From positions 12,214,001 through 12,278,000 of the forward strand of contig NC_086109.1 of assembly GCF_963921235.1 (NCBI RefSeq): a stretch of 64,000 nucleotides of DNA, read 5' to 3'. Shown piece by piece: positions 49,510 through 61,957 of the stretch; within the stretch, counting starts at the first letter, position 1, and every line of letters begins with the position of its first letter. The notes beneath the pieces were generated by a model that made no database searches, had not been told where the DNA came from, and was given only the letters and a program-made list of their open reading frames with translations. The position numbers and the translations under genes are program-made. This DNA is from Mobula hypostoma (Eukaryota).

Positions 49510-51190
49510 GAGGCAGTGCAGAGGAGGTTCACCAGGTTGATTCCAGGGATGAAGGGGTTAACCTTTGAGGAGAGATTCAGTCACGTGGGACTATACTCTC
49601 TGGAGTTCAGAATTTTGAAAGGGATAGATAAGATAGAAGTAGGAAAGTTGTTTCCATTGGGAGGTGAGACTAGAGCTAGGGGACATTACCTCAAAATTCA
49701 GGGGAGAAGATTTATGATGGAGATGAAGAGAAACTGTTTTTCCCAGAGAGTGGTGAAGCTGTGGAATTGTCTGCCCAGGGAAGCAGTTGAGGCTTCCTCA
49801 CTAAATATATTTAAGAGACAGTTAGAGAGGATTTTACATAGTGATGGAATTAAGAGTTACGGGGAAAAGGCAGTTAAATGGAGCTGAGCTTACTGACAGT
49901 TCAGCCATGATCTTATTGAATGGGGGGCGGGGGGCGCACAGGCTGGCCTACTAATGGAATGATCTTAGTGAATGGGGAGGATGGCTTACTCCTGCTCCTA
50001 TTTCTTATGTTCTTATGCTCTTATTTGACAAGCTCCCACATGGGAAGTTCACCAAGAAGGTTCACTTGATTGGCGTTCAAGATGAGGAAGTAAATTGGAT
50101 TGGTCCTTGGCTTTGTGCAAGAAGCCAGAGTGTGGTAGTAGATGGTTGCTTATCTGACTGGAGGTCTGTGAATCATGGAATGGTACAGGTATCGGCGCTG
50201 GGTCATTGATATTTGTCATTTATATTAATATCTGGATGACTGACAGTGTGGTTACCTGGATCAGCAAATTTGCAGATGACACTGAGAATGGAGGTGTAGT
50301 GGACAGCTATGAAGACGATCATGGCTTGCAGTGGGTTATGAACAAAATGGAAACAAGGGCTGAAAGATGGCAGGTGGAATTTAATGCAGACAAGTGAGAG
50401 GTGTTGCACTTCAGTAGGACCAACCAGGGATGGTCTTACACAGTGAATGGTCACGCATTGAGGAGTGCTGTAGAACAAAATAATCTGAGAGTAAAAGTAC
50501 ATAATTCATTGAAAATGACATCACAGGTTGATAGGATCATAAGAAAGCTTTCGGCACATTGGCTATTATAAATTTTTAAAAATCAAAATATCGAGTACAG
50601 GAGATGGGATGGTGTGATGAAGTTGTATAAGAAATGGATAAGGCCTAATTTGGAGCATTGTCTGCAGCTTTGGTCACTTACCTCCAGGAAGGATGTAAAC
50701 AGGGCTAAAAGAGTACAGAGAAAATGTACACAGATGTGGCCGGGTCTGGAGGTCCTGAGTTTTATGGAAAGATTGAAGAGGCTACAACTTCAATTCTTGG
50801 AATGTAGAAAATCGAGAGATTTGATAGAGGTATACAAAATTTTGAGCTCTAAAAATAGGGTAAATGCAAGCACGCTTTTTCCACTGAGGTTGGGTGGGGC
50901 TACAACTGGATGTCATGGGCTAAGGGTGAAAGGTGAAAGGTTTAAGGTTAACATTCGGTGAAACCTATTCACTCAGAGGGCCGTGAGAGTCCGGAATGAG
51001 CTGCAGAGCAAGTGTGCAAGCAGGCTTAATTTCAACATTTAAGAAAAGTTTTGATAAGTTCATGTATGGTTGGGATATGGAGGGCGATGGTGCTGGTGCA
51101 AGTAGATGGGAGTAGGCAATTTAAATGCTTTGGCATGGGCTAGATGGGCTGAAGGGCCTGTTTATGTGCTGGATTTTTCTATGACTATGA
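49510..51190 (+). mobile_element. Two adjacent degenerate CR1 3' fragments (~49510-50005 and ~50020-51190)
   Basis: QRRFTRLIPG, SKFADD and RPNLEHC remnants. Confidence 0.78.
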
Positions 51191-51429
51191 CATGGAGGAC
51201 GGGTCTGCCTACAATCTGTCCAGCTGTCATCTTTGCCAGTCATCACCTTTGTCATATATAGATCATGGCAGTCCCTAGCTCAGAGAGTGACATAATCAAT
51301 GGGATACCACTATTTAGATCAGGCTTGCTGCCAAGATGCCTTGAATTTATTTTTCTGGTGGAAGAAAGTGTTTATGATGAGAAGATTGTGCTCAGCACAT
51401 ATGGTGAGTAGTCAGTCGCACATATAATA

Positions 51430-51528
51430 TTATTCAGTACCCGGCATTACTTTCCATTGGTCAGTGTACGCAAGACCTTTGTACAGTGACAACAATTGTG
51501 CACACAGTGAATAACATTGCAGTATTCT
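51430..51528 (-). CDS. Gene R probable terminal exon (phase 0 reading RILQCYSLCAQLLSLYKGLAYTDQWKVMPGTE*)
   Basis: Acceptor attattacacag. It shares the gtcactgtacaaaggtctt core and its position relative to the acceptor with three downstream copies; minus-strand AATAAA at 51346-51351. The reading frame is ambiguous (see findings). Confidence 0.6.
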   Translation of the reverse strand, partial: RILQCYSLCAQLLSLYKGLAYTDQWKVMPGTE

Positions 51529-51974
51529 CTGTGTAATAATATTCCTAAATACATAAGGAAAATATATGCTTATCAGAAATGAAATCTGGCAATGATGGAA
51601 ATACTCCACAGGTCAGCAGCAACTACAAGGAGAACAACAAAACTAATAATTCAGGTCAACATGTTTCAATAAAATCATTCCATTGGGATGTCTTAATCTG
51701 AAGATTATTTGATTCCCTCTCCAAAAAATTTTCTGCCATTGACACCTTAAGGAAAATTGAGTCCTGTGAATTCATGAGTGAAGTCATATTCTAAACAGAA
51801 TGAATTGATGCATTTTTTTTATTGAAAACAAACTTTATGATGAAGCATTTTCATTAATATATTTATAATTGTTTATTGAACTAACCAACAGTGAAGACAG
51901 TAATTTGAATATAACAGAACAGATTTTAACATGAAAAAGAATCTACCGCTTTCCTGACATATATGACGAATAAA

Positions 51975-52135
51975 CTTTTCTCGTGCTTCAAACGGGTACA
52001 GGTATTGATCATAACCAAAGTTTCGATGACAAACTCTGCCATCTTCTTCAGGGATGATGAAGAAGATGGCAGAGTTTGTCATCGAAATGTTGGTTATAAT
52101 CGATACCTGTACCTGGATGGAAGCCTGAGAAGAGA
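51975..52135. repeat. Long inverted repeat: two Penelope-type hammerhead-like termini joined back to back
   Basis: Perfect 30-bp arms at 52021-52050 and 52058-52087 with a 7-nt loop, extending 26 bp further with 4 mismatches and more loosely beyond. Confidence 0.85.
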
Positions 52136-53257
52136 TGTTAACATTGTAAAAGAATTCTGAGCAGTTCATGATCATAAAAAGGTTAAGGCTAAAGTTAAAT
52201 GTGTTGCAAGTGGATTTCCATTAACCAAAGCCAGTATCTTGAAGCATGACAAGATTATTTTGTTTGATTTCACCTTCATTAAGTCAATGATTTAATGACT
52301 AGAGATTAATTCTGTATAAAAGTTCCACAGGGCTTGAACAGTGACACTTAATCTTGGTGCAAAACTCCCCCACAGTCGGTGTAATCTGGGATCATTCACT
52401 TTATCTCAAGGACGAGGCTGTGAGGATCTGATTGATCAAGTCTCTGTAAAAGCAAAAGTGAAGTTATCAGATTGTTCAACACCGGGAACTATGCAATACT
52501 GTATGATGCTGTGTGCCTGCGATGTTGCACTCAAGTGTTGTGTATGCAACAGGTTGAGCATTGGGAATAAAGTGGTCACTGACTTTGATTTACATTTCAT
52601 GCAGGCACCTCACAACAGAATTCTGTGTGAAGCACAGTGTCCAATATATTTTCTTGTAGAGCACTGGACTTCATTCTACACATGGACAAAGCGTGAAAGC
52701 CTACTTACAGTATATCATCTTCATGGAACTTTAGTTTGACAAAAGGTTAAAAGTTCATATGAGAATGCTTTTTTTTTCCTTCAAATGATCAGCATATTTG
52801 AATGAATTTGCAGTGAAGGAGAATGAGAGGTACAGTAACTCGATAGATATGTACAAGAAGATTGCAGGTAAAAAATTGAATGCACAGCCAGAGACACTTT
52901 CCAAGGCAGAAATGTTTAACATGAGGGGGCATAATTTAAAGAGATTGGAGAAATGCATTGGGGGAATGTCAGAGGCAAGTTCTTTTTACACAGAGAGCTG
53001 TGAATGAGTGGTACCTACTACCAGGGTTGGTGGTGGAGGCAGATACGTTAGCGACATTTAAGAAACTCTTACAAAAATGCATGGATCACAGAAAAGTTGA
53101 AGGCTATATAGGACAGAAAGGTTAGTTTGATCCTCGAGTAGGTTAAGAGGTCAGCACAACATGGTGGGCCAAAGGGCATGTACTGTGTTGTACCATCGGA
53201 TGTTCTATGCTCCAATTCATGGAAACCTTTTGGGAGCATCTACTAACCTAGGCTTAC

Positions 53258-53348
53258 CTTTTTGTCTCTCCTGAACCATGTGACAGCGATGGTCCAGATC
53301 CCCAGCAGAGCAAAGAACAGCCAGCGCCCCACTTTCCATATCATGTAA
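53258..53348 (-). CDS. Gene R transmembrane exon with basic residues (YMIWKVGRWLFFALLGIWTIAVTWFRRDKK)
   Basis: 91 nt, phase 2/0 (same length and phases as the gene L TM exon), acceptor ccactttgttcag, donor AAG|gtaagc. Confidence 0.85.
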
Positions 53349-54779
53349 CTGAACAAAGTGGAAGAGATACAGAATCAGTGGGAGGAGAAGAGACACCTTT
53401 GTATTTGAAATATTTACCTCCTGGTTCCTCTGTGAAATTAGTGAAGTGGAGCAATAAAAGCAGCAAGGCCAGGGAAGTTCAGCTGGGAGATTAATCTCAT
53501 GCTGGACTGAGGGAGGGAAGATAACCTATGATCATCATTTGGAGAAATAATTACTGAAACACAACTGCAGATACTGTATGTCGCAACAGTGGATAATGCA
53601 GATAGATTTAGTAATGGCAGGAAAGGAAATAATGCGGTTGTGTAACGACTAGTCTGGGGATAACCTAATGTCATTGAGATGGTCTGTTGTGGTTAACACA
53701 ATGATTTACAACAGTCAGCTCTAACATTGGGTTCAATTCCTGCCTGTTTGTAAGGAGTTTGTACATTCTCCCAGTGACTGCATGAGATTCATCCGGGGGC
53801 TCCGGTTTCCTCCCAGGTTCCAAAGACATATTGGTTAGGGTTGTGGGCATGCGAAGTTTGCACTGGAAGCATGCCAAAACTTGTGGGATGCCCAGCACAA
53901 TCTTTGCTGACTTGATTTCATGCAAAATGATACATTTGTCAGGAAAAGTAGACGAGGCTTGACCAAAATCGAGCAGCAGAGACAATTTAGCAGTAAACGA
54001 TACTCTACTGATAGACTACAAAATAACAAGTCATGATGGGCCACAGAACAAGAAAGAACAGAAAAAAAACACAGCAGGCATCAAGGTAAACTTTATGCAT
54101 GGAGAGTGAAGGCCAGTCGGTTTGACGAGTGAACAAGGACTGTGGATGATAACTGGGGTTAAATAGGCTGCAGGTAATCAGTCTAGAATGAGGGGCAGGT
54201 GAATTCTATTAGTCAGGTGGAGATTGGGAGGTTCCTGCAGGTGCAGGCCTGACAGCATTTCAACGTATGTTTCAATGTACATGTGACAAATATAGACAAT
54301 CTTGCCGAAAGAGGACACAGATCTTCAGAAGTTTGACAATGAAACCTCACAGACAGATACTGTGTGAAAACTGATAAATGATCCAGAATTAATTGAAGAA
54401 AGGAGTTGGGGATGAAATACACAGATAAATAAGGACAAATTTTTAAAAATCCAGAAAATTAATCAGGAAGGTGATATCAAAAATCTCAGTATCCCTTGGG
54501 CAGCACGGCAGCGTGGCAATTAGCATGACTGTATTACAGCTTGGGGTGTCAGAGTTCAATTTTAATTTTTTCTGTAAGGAGTCTATTTGTCCTCCTCATG
54601 GAATGCGTGGGTTTTCCCTCGGTGCTCCAGTCTCCTCCCAGAGTCCAACAATGTATCAGTTGGTTGACTAGTTGCTCGTTGTAAATTATCCTGTGATTAA
54701 ATTGGGGGTTGCTAGGCAGTGTGGTTTGAAGGGCCGGAAGGCCCTATTCCATGTTGTTTCTCAGCCAATAGAATAAATT

Positions 54780-54857
54780 AAGGGTTCCAAACTTTTTTAT
54801 GCCATTGACCAACACCATTAAGGAAGGAGTCCATGGACCCCTGGTTGGGAACCCCTG
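54780..54857. mobile_element. ~78-bp MITE, probably hAT-like
   Basis: Inverted ends agggttccaaac / ggttgggaacccctg; no clear TSD. Confidence 0.5.
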
Positions 54858-55645
54858 ATTTAGAGGGTAAACAACTAGAACATCTAGGAAAAGTGAGATG
54901 AAATGAGCAAAATGCACTTTATGATGATAACAGAGAAGGAAACGAATAAGAAGAAAATCAAATACTTAAGGGAAAAGCACATAGAAGATAGAACAGTACA
55001 GCAAAGTACAGGCCTACCAGAATCAATATAAAACTGCAAAACCTGCATGTTCAAACAGAGTGTAGGAGACAGCAAAGTGTGCAAATACAAAAAGAGAGAA
55101 ATAATAATAATTAAATAAGAAATAAATACTGAGAACATGAGTCAAAGAGTACTTGAAAGTGAGAATATTGGTTGTGGAAAAAAGCCAAGGGAAAAAGGTG
55201 CTGGCTATTCAATCTACTTATGTTTCCTATCATCTTGTACACCTCTATCAAGTCCTCTCTTATTCTCCTTCTGTCCAAAGAGAAATTACATAGCTCATTC
55301 AGCCTATCCTCATAAAACATGTTGTCTGTACCAGGAAGCATCCTGGTAAATCTCTTTTCATGTTGCTACTTCCTACGATAATGAAGTGACCAGAACTTAA
55401 CAAAATACTCCAACTGTTATGCATAAATTATTAAATGTTTAGGGTAAGAAGATTAACTTTGATCTCAGGTTTGACACCTTTACTAGAAAATCAGGAATAC
55501 TCAATTTCCAGTACCTGATTACACTGAAGTTAATCATGTCAAATGTGTTTAACACCAGTTAAAGAGAAACAAATTTCTCTCCCAACTGGCTCTATTTGTA
55601 AGCGGAAGCAGTGAAGCCACCTGTGGAGAGAAACTTATACTTTAC

Positions 55646-55721
55646 ATTTTATCTGATGATGATTCTTTCCTTTGTGCAGTTGTAGTTTCTTTCACGGTAT
55701 TTTCACAGAAATGGATTGGCC
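55646..55721 (-). CDS. Gene R stalk exon (GPIHFCENTVKETTTAQRKESSSDK)
   Basis: 76 nt, phase 1/2, acceptor ttcttttaacag, donor AT|gtaaag. Homologous to 9230-9302. Confidence 0.82.
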
Positions 55722-56544
55722 CTGTTAAAAGAAAAGAAAATTCAATTTCAAACAAGAGAAAATCTGCAGATGCTGGAGATCCAATAAACACGCACAAAAT
55801 GCTGGAGGAACTCATCAGGCCAGGCAACATCTATGGAAAAGAGTAAACAGTCAGCATGTTGGTCCGAGACCCTTCGTCAGGACTGCTGAAATTCAATTTC
55901 ATCTGCTTTGTAACTGCAAGGACAAGAAATCACAATTGCTGGACCAATAGTTACTTGGGCGTGGTGGACCAAATGTGATCTGTTACTCAATGAACACTTA
56001 AAGATTAAAGATGTGATTTATTTGTCACATGTACATCAGAACATACAGTGAAATGCATCATTAACAACAACGACCGACACAGAGTATGTGCTGGTGGCAG
56101 CTTGCAGGTCTAGTACTGAGGAAACTATAATCCTATTTAAACGTGTGAAATCGTAAGAGAAAGGTCCTGCCAGGGAGCTGGCCTCAGCCTGCATGGGGAG
56201 ATCTCTTTCTGGGGTTCCATCACTCTGTACAGACATGAGGTTAGCTGTACCTGAGTATACAGCGAAACAATGTTTCAAGTAGACTTTTTATCCAACAGGA
56301 TAATGCAGGATTTCTCAATGAAAAGGCAATGACGTTTAAAACAATATACAGAGAAACAGAACACCGTGGGTGCCACGGTAGGGTAGTGTTTATAGCAACA
56401 CTGTCACAGTTCTGGCATTTGGGAACTTGGAGTTCAATTCCGGTGCCATTCTGTGAGGAGACTCTGTATTACGTGGGGTGTGTGGGTTTTCTCCGGATGC
56501 TCTGGTTTCTTCCTAAAGTCCAAAGACATACCAGGTAGGTTAAT

Positions 56545-56740
56545 TGGTTGTTGTTGCTCTCCGTGCCTGAGGCACATCAGGCAGCAACTTTACTGTTTGG
56601 TCAGCATTTGTCTACTTCTTACGAAGACCAGTTTTTAACTCGACACTCAACCTCGCATAGATGGAAAGCGTGCTGGGAGCCGGACGGATTTGAACCTCGG
56701 ACCGTTCGCCAGTGCTGATGTCACTACATCACCGGTCGGC
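56545..56740 (-). mobile_element. Second tRNA-derived SINE with (CAA)n tail, nested in a SINE
   Basis: Minus strand shows an A-box-like tgatgtagtg, B box ggttcaaatcc and a 3' caacaacaac. The host SINE continues on both sides. Confidence 0.6.
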
Positions 56741-59700
56741 TCAGTTAATCGCAGGGTTAGGTTAGGGTTAATTGAGGTTGTTGGGGGTTGCTGAGCCTGT
56801 GTGGTTTGAAGGGCCGGAGGGGCCTAGAACACACTGTATTGCTAAATGAATAAATATATATATTGTAAAAGTCTAACTTTTACATTGTTCTCTCATTCTG
56901 TTCCTCTTACCCAGCTCTGGCTTTCTGCATTTGCACTACTGACAGAAACCTTGACCATTCCCAGAATCTGTCATAAAATTCTGGCAACAATTTTCTATGC
57001 ATATAATTTCTTTGATTCTCTTGCTGGTGGGAGAGTTTCTACCCCTCCACTGAGCACTCAGGTATTTTAATAAAGCTTTTCATTTTTGAAACATTTGTTC
57101 AAACTGCACAGAGTTACAAACTGAAGTACAAGAAAAAAATGATGTTCAATATTCTCCTGGAATTGTCCCCATTCTGGACACTGCAGCCTGTGAAACATCC
57201 CTTTCAACATGAACTCCATCCATTCCTCAGGGAATACTTCATGCATTAAAGAGATCTATTGTGAATCAATTAGAGCCAAGAAAATGCATCATGTTCAGTA
57301 AAAGCAGCAAAGCTGAGTATTAGAATTAGTTCAGAATTCAAAACAAAACAAAGTAATTGATTAAAACATTGAAAATATAGAACGTGAACAAGTTTGTAGA
57401 ATAAATATATATCAACATAAAAACTTCAATAGGTATGCAAAGAGATTAATTAAAATAAATGTAGGATATCTAACAGACTGAAGTAGACAATTTACTATGG
57501 GACAACCAATTCAACACAATGGTTTTGTCTTTTGTCCTTCATCACATTTCCTTCTACCAATGTCAGGCTAATTGCTCTATGATTTCCTCTTTTCTCTTCA
57601 CCTCCTTTTAAAATAGCTTGTTTAGCTTCTCTGCAATCCATTGGAAAATTTAAAATGGCCAGCAATGCGTCTCTATTTTTCTCATGCCAATTCCTTATTT
57701 TCTCTGGAATGTAGAGTATCAGAACCTGGTGATTTCAGTCACATCTGCTTTCCCAATCCATTCCCCTATTATTGGTGAATAACTACCTTCTGTCTTTCAA
57801 CAGGCCCTATGACATTCCAGAAACCAGTCTGCTGATCCTTTGCTCACCTCCTTCCATACCAAGATCCTCTTTCGTCAGACCAAATCTGCACACCATATCA
57901 GTGGCCCGAGAGAAAGGAACAAGTTTAAGTTTGACCGATTTAACCTTCAGTCCAGAATGGAAATTTTGAGTATGAGCCAAATCGGGGCACCAGGTCCCAG
58001 GCATGAGAGTGTATTGAAGAGGCAGGGACTGGGTCCAAGAACGAGGAACGAGCTGCTGTTTGGCTGAATTCAGCACCCGGCCAGATTGGAAAGGTCAGGG
58101 TGACAGGACTGGACCTGAGGGACAGTCTGATCTGGGGCTAACTGCTGCTCAAGGTTTACTCATCTCTGTGCTGAACTGAGTCTGTGGCCTGCAACTAACG
58201 GGTCCTAGATCAGCTGTGACTGGCTTCATGGCTGTGGACTCACTTTCATGCACTTCAGTCCTGAATGTTATTTGCATGATTTGTTTTTTTTCCCCTCTGC
58301 ATTTTGGGTGTTTAACGGTCTTTTTTCAATAGGTTCTATTGCATTTTTGTTTGGCGGCTGTTTGTAAGGAGACAGATTTCAAGGTTGTATATTGTGTGCA
58401 TACTTTGATAATAAAAGTATTTTGAACTTTAAACTTTGGTCCTAACTGATAAAAGCCCTGTAACCTTACAGTGTTTCATGCTTGTTCCTTTACTCAAATC
58501 TGCTTTCGAAAGTCCAGATACAATTTGCATTCATTATGCCCTGCTGCATCTGCATGTTTACCTTCAGTGAAAGATGTACAAAGACACCCAAAACTCATTA
58601 TCATCCCCCCTTTTCTATTCTATTGTCATCCAGGTAATTACCTACATTCCTGTCATTGCCATAGTCTTAAAAATACTAATTTATTTTGCCTAAGTATTTC
58701 CATTTTGCTGAATAGGGGAAATAGTAAGACCCAATTCAAATTATTCAAGCCTCCAGTGGTTTAGTAGTCAAATGTTTCCAATAGAACCCTACCCTGTTCA
58801 ATTAATTTTCTTTGCCTGAAACTGATCATCATAAAATTAATTTGAGTTCAATCTTTCTACACTTTTGCTTGGAGACCCAGTGAACAAGGATACACAGATT
58901 TTTGAGGTCACATCTGCAATTCCATCTACAAGGATAAGATATGTGGGTTTTCAGGACACAGACATTCACGATCCATGTGGTCTCTGTACTTTTTATCAAG
59001 ATACAACTGCTTTGATTTTATGACTCATTACGGTATGAGAAAATATGGATAAAATTCTACAAGCAGCCCTGCCATGAGAAGACAGCACCAATCTTCAAGG
59101 ACTGCTGCAATCCAGACCATGTTTCCTCTCACTACTGCCATTGAGAAGGAGGTCTCGCACCACCAGGTTGAGAAACAGTTATGATCCTTCAACAATCAGG
59201 CTCCTGAACCAATGCGGATAACTTCGCTCACTTCAACACTGCACTGATTCCACAACCAATGGACTCGTTATCCAGGACTCTGCAACTTATGTTCTCAATA
59301 TTATTTATTTATTTGCTTGTTAATAATTCTTTCATTTGTATTTTTACAGTTTGTCTTCTTTTCTACATTGGTTGTTTGTCCATCTTTGATGTGTGTAGTT
59401 TTTAATTGATTCTGTCTGATTTATTTGTATCTACTGTAAAAGTTTCTACTGTGAATGTCTTCAGGAAAATGAATCTCAGGGTAGTATATGGTGACATATA
59501 TGTAATTTAAGTTTACTTTGAGCTTTGAAGTGGGTTACCTTACAAGTACTATCTTAATGACATAAATATTACCAGACGAGACACATTCACACCCAGCCAA
59601 CGAGAGCAGATCAGAGGCACGAGACCCTGTGCTGAGAGACTTACGTTTGGACTGCTGTGTCGAAAGGCTTTTCATCCTCTGAAAGGTGGTGACAACAGAC

Positions 59701-59806
59701 ACTCCATGTTCCTGAGTGAAGTTCCAACAACACAATATCCAACACACATCAGTCATTCAGTTGTACTCCATCAACCATCAGAAAGAAATAACCCTGCACC
59801 ACTTAC

Positions 59807-60127
59807 CCATGCTGTTGACTTCAATCGCATATCTGCAGGTGCTGACACTGTTGTAGATGGACACATTAAGTACTTCACTGGACTTTTCTCCATCAGCATT
59901 TGAGGCTTTGCAATAATATAGATGATTTTTGTATTTTAAGGATTGGCAATGTAGATCCAGTTTATTGGTATTAGATATGTTTAAATCCATAGATGGGGTC
60001 TTTTCGTACCATGAGTACTGAATGGGAAGGGATCCATGGACAGACTCACAGGACACTGACACGGAGTCCGCACAACTTGAGCCACTTGTTTGTGGTGAAA
60101 ATCGAAGCAAAGGAACAGACACATTTT
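59807..60127 (-). CDS. Gene R C2b exon, intact
   Basis: 321 nt, phase 1/1, acceptor ttcttttccacag, donor G|gtaagt. Reads ENVSVPLL...VSCES...YSW...YYCKASN...STCRYAIEVNSM. Confidence 0.9.
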
Positions 60128-61957
60128 CTGTGGAAAAGAATCAGTGAACATCTGAAAATCAAGCACACGAAAGATTTCAGCAGTTCTGTATCTCAAGCAG
60201 GACCCACCAGTTTGGAACCTCTGCAGCTCCTCTACCTCTCAGTGTCTCTGCATCCTCAGAGCTGCCTGAACTGCCATGTCTGACATTAATCCAGAACACA
60301 ATATAACTCCAGAACAGAACAGCAGTGAAGACACTATGTCAGTCACTCTCTCTTAGCAGTAAGGAGACAGTCTAAAGTGGCACCTAACAGCTTGACTCTG
60401 GAAAGGCAGCATTTGTGGGTGTCCAGGAAAGCTCCCCATTATGTGAAAGCAGAAAATTGTTAGATAAATACAAACTGAATGGTGACTTGAGGGAGAGAGT
60501 ATAATTGTAATTGTTTCAGTGGCCTACAGCAGGAAGGGAACCTGTTAGTACAGTACATAGGAGCAGAATTAGGCCATTCAGCCCATTGAGTCTGCTCCAC
60601 CATTCCATCATGGCTAAATCTATTCTCCTTCTTTCTCTCTGTAACCTTTGACACCCTATAATCAATAACCTATCAAACTCCACTTTAAATATACCCACAG
60701 TTTACTTTGGCAATGAATTCCACATATTCATCAGCTTCTGCCTCACAAAATTCCTCCTTAACTCTCTTTTAAAGGACGTTCGTCTATTCTGAGTCTGTAC
60801 CCTCTAGTCCTAGATGCTTGCACTATTGGAAACATCCTCTCTACATCCACTGAAATTTTCAATTTTTGATAGCTTTTGATGAGATCCTCCCTCATTCTTC
60901 TAAACTCCAGCAAGTACAGGCCCAGAGCCTTCAAACACTCCTCATACATTAGGGAAGTTTGATGTCACCTGGAATTTAATATCAGGATCCCTTTAGAATT
61001 GATGTACAGAGAGTTCTTGGGGTTCAAGTCAATTGCTCCCTGAAAGTGGCAACACAAGTGGACATAACGGTAATGAAAGCATTCTGCACATTTGCCTTCT
61101 TCATTCTACATGTTGGAGACTAAAGCTGACAAGGCATTTTGTAGCTTCATAAAACATTGATTAGGTCACATTAGGAATATAATATGTATTTCTGGTTGCA
61201 ACATTATAGGAAGGATGTTGAGGTTTTGGAGAGGGTAAGGAGGCTCACCATGATGTCACCAGGGTTGGCACGGTAACACGATGGTTACCACAATGCTTTA
61301 CAGTCCCAGCGACCTGGGTTCAATTCCTGCCACTGTCTGTGAGCTGTTTGTACATTCTCCCCGTGACTGCAAGCGTTTACTCTCGGTGCTCCAGTTTCAT
61401 CCCACAGTCTGAAGAAGTACCAGTTAGTGGGTTAATTAGTCATTGAAAATTTTCCAGTGTTTTGGCTTGAGTTAAATCTGGAGAAGCTGGGTGACAGGAC
61501 TTGAAGGACTAGAAAAGCCTATTCCACACTCTTCCTCAATAAATAAACAAAACCGATAAATAGATAGATAAATAAATAAATAGTGAGCTAGCTGTCTAGA
61601 TTGATAGATGATGAATTAATAAATGAATGACTAAATAAATGTTACCGGGACTGGAGTGTATAAGCTGTGGGCAGTAGTTGGACAATCTTGGTGTGTTTTC
61701 GTTGGAGAGTCAGAGGCTGAGAAGAGATGTGATAGAAGTTTATAAAGTTATGGAAGTCATAGATAGATGGTCAGAATCTTTTTCCCAGGGTTGAAATATC
61801 AAATAATTGTGAGCATAATTTTAAGATGATTAGGGGCAAGTTTAAATGATGTTTGAGAAACAAGTTTTTTTTTACAATGAGGTAGTAACTGCATGGAACA
61901 CACAGTCAGACCAGCTGGTGGAATGGGAGATCATAACAATATTTTAGCTCTGGGAAA

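Noticed and set aside
59807-60127. Diversifying selection on C2b (16 amino-acid differences between paralogues versus ~2% divergence in the upstream intron)
   Set aside because: The downstream intron is equally diverged (~6-7%) and the nonsynonymous:synonymous ratio is near neutral expectation. A conversion-tract boundary explains the contrast.
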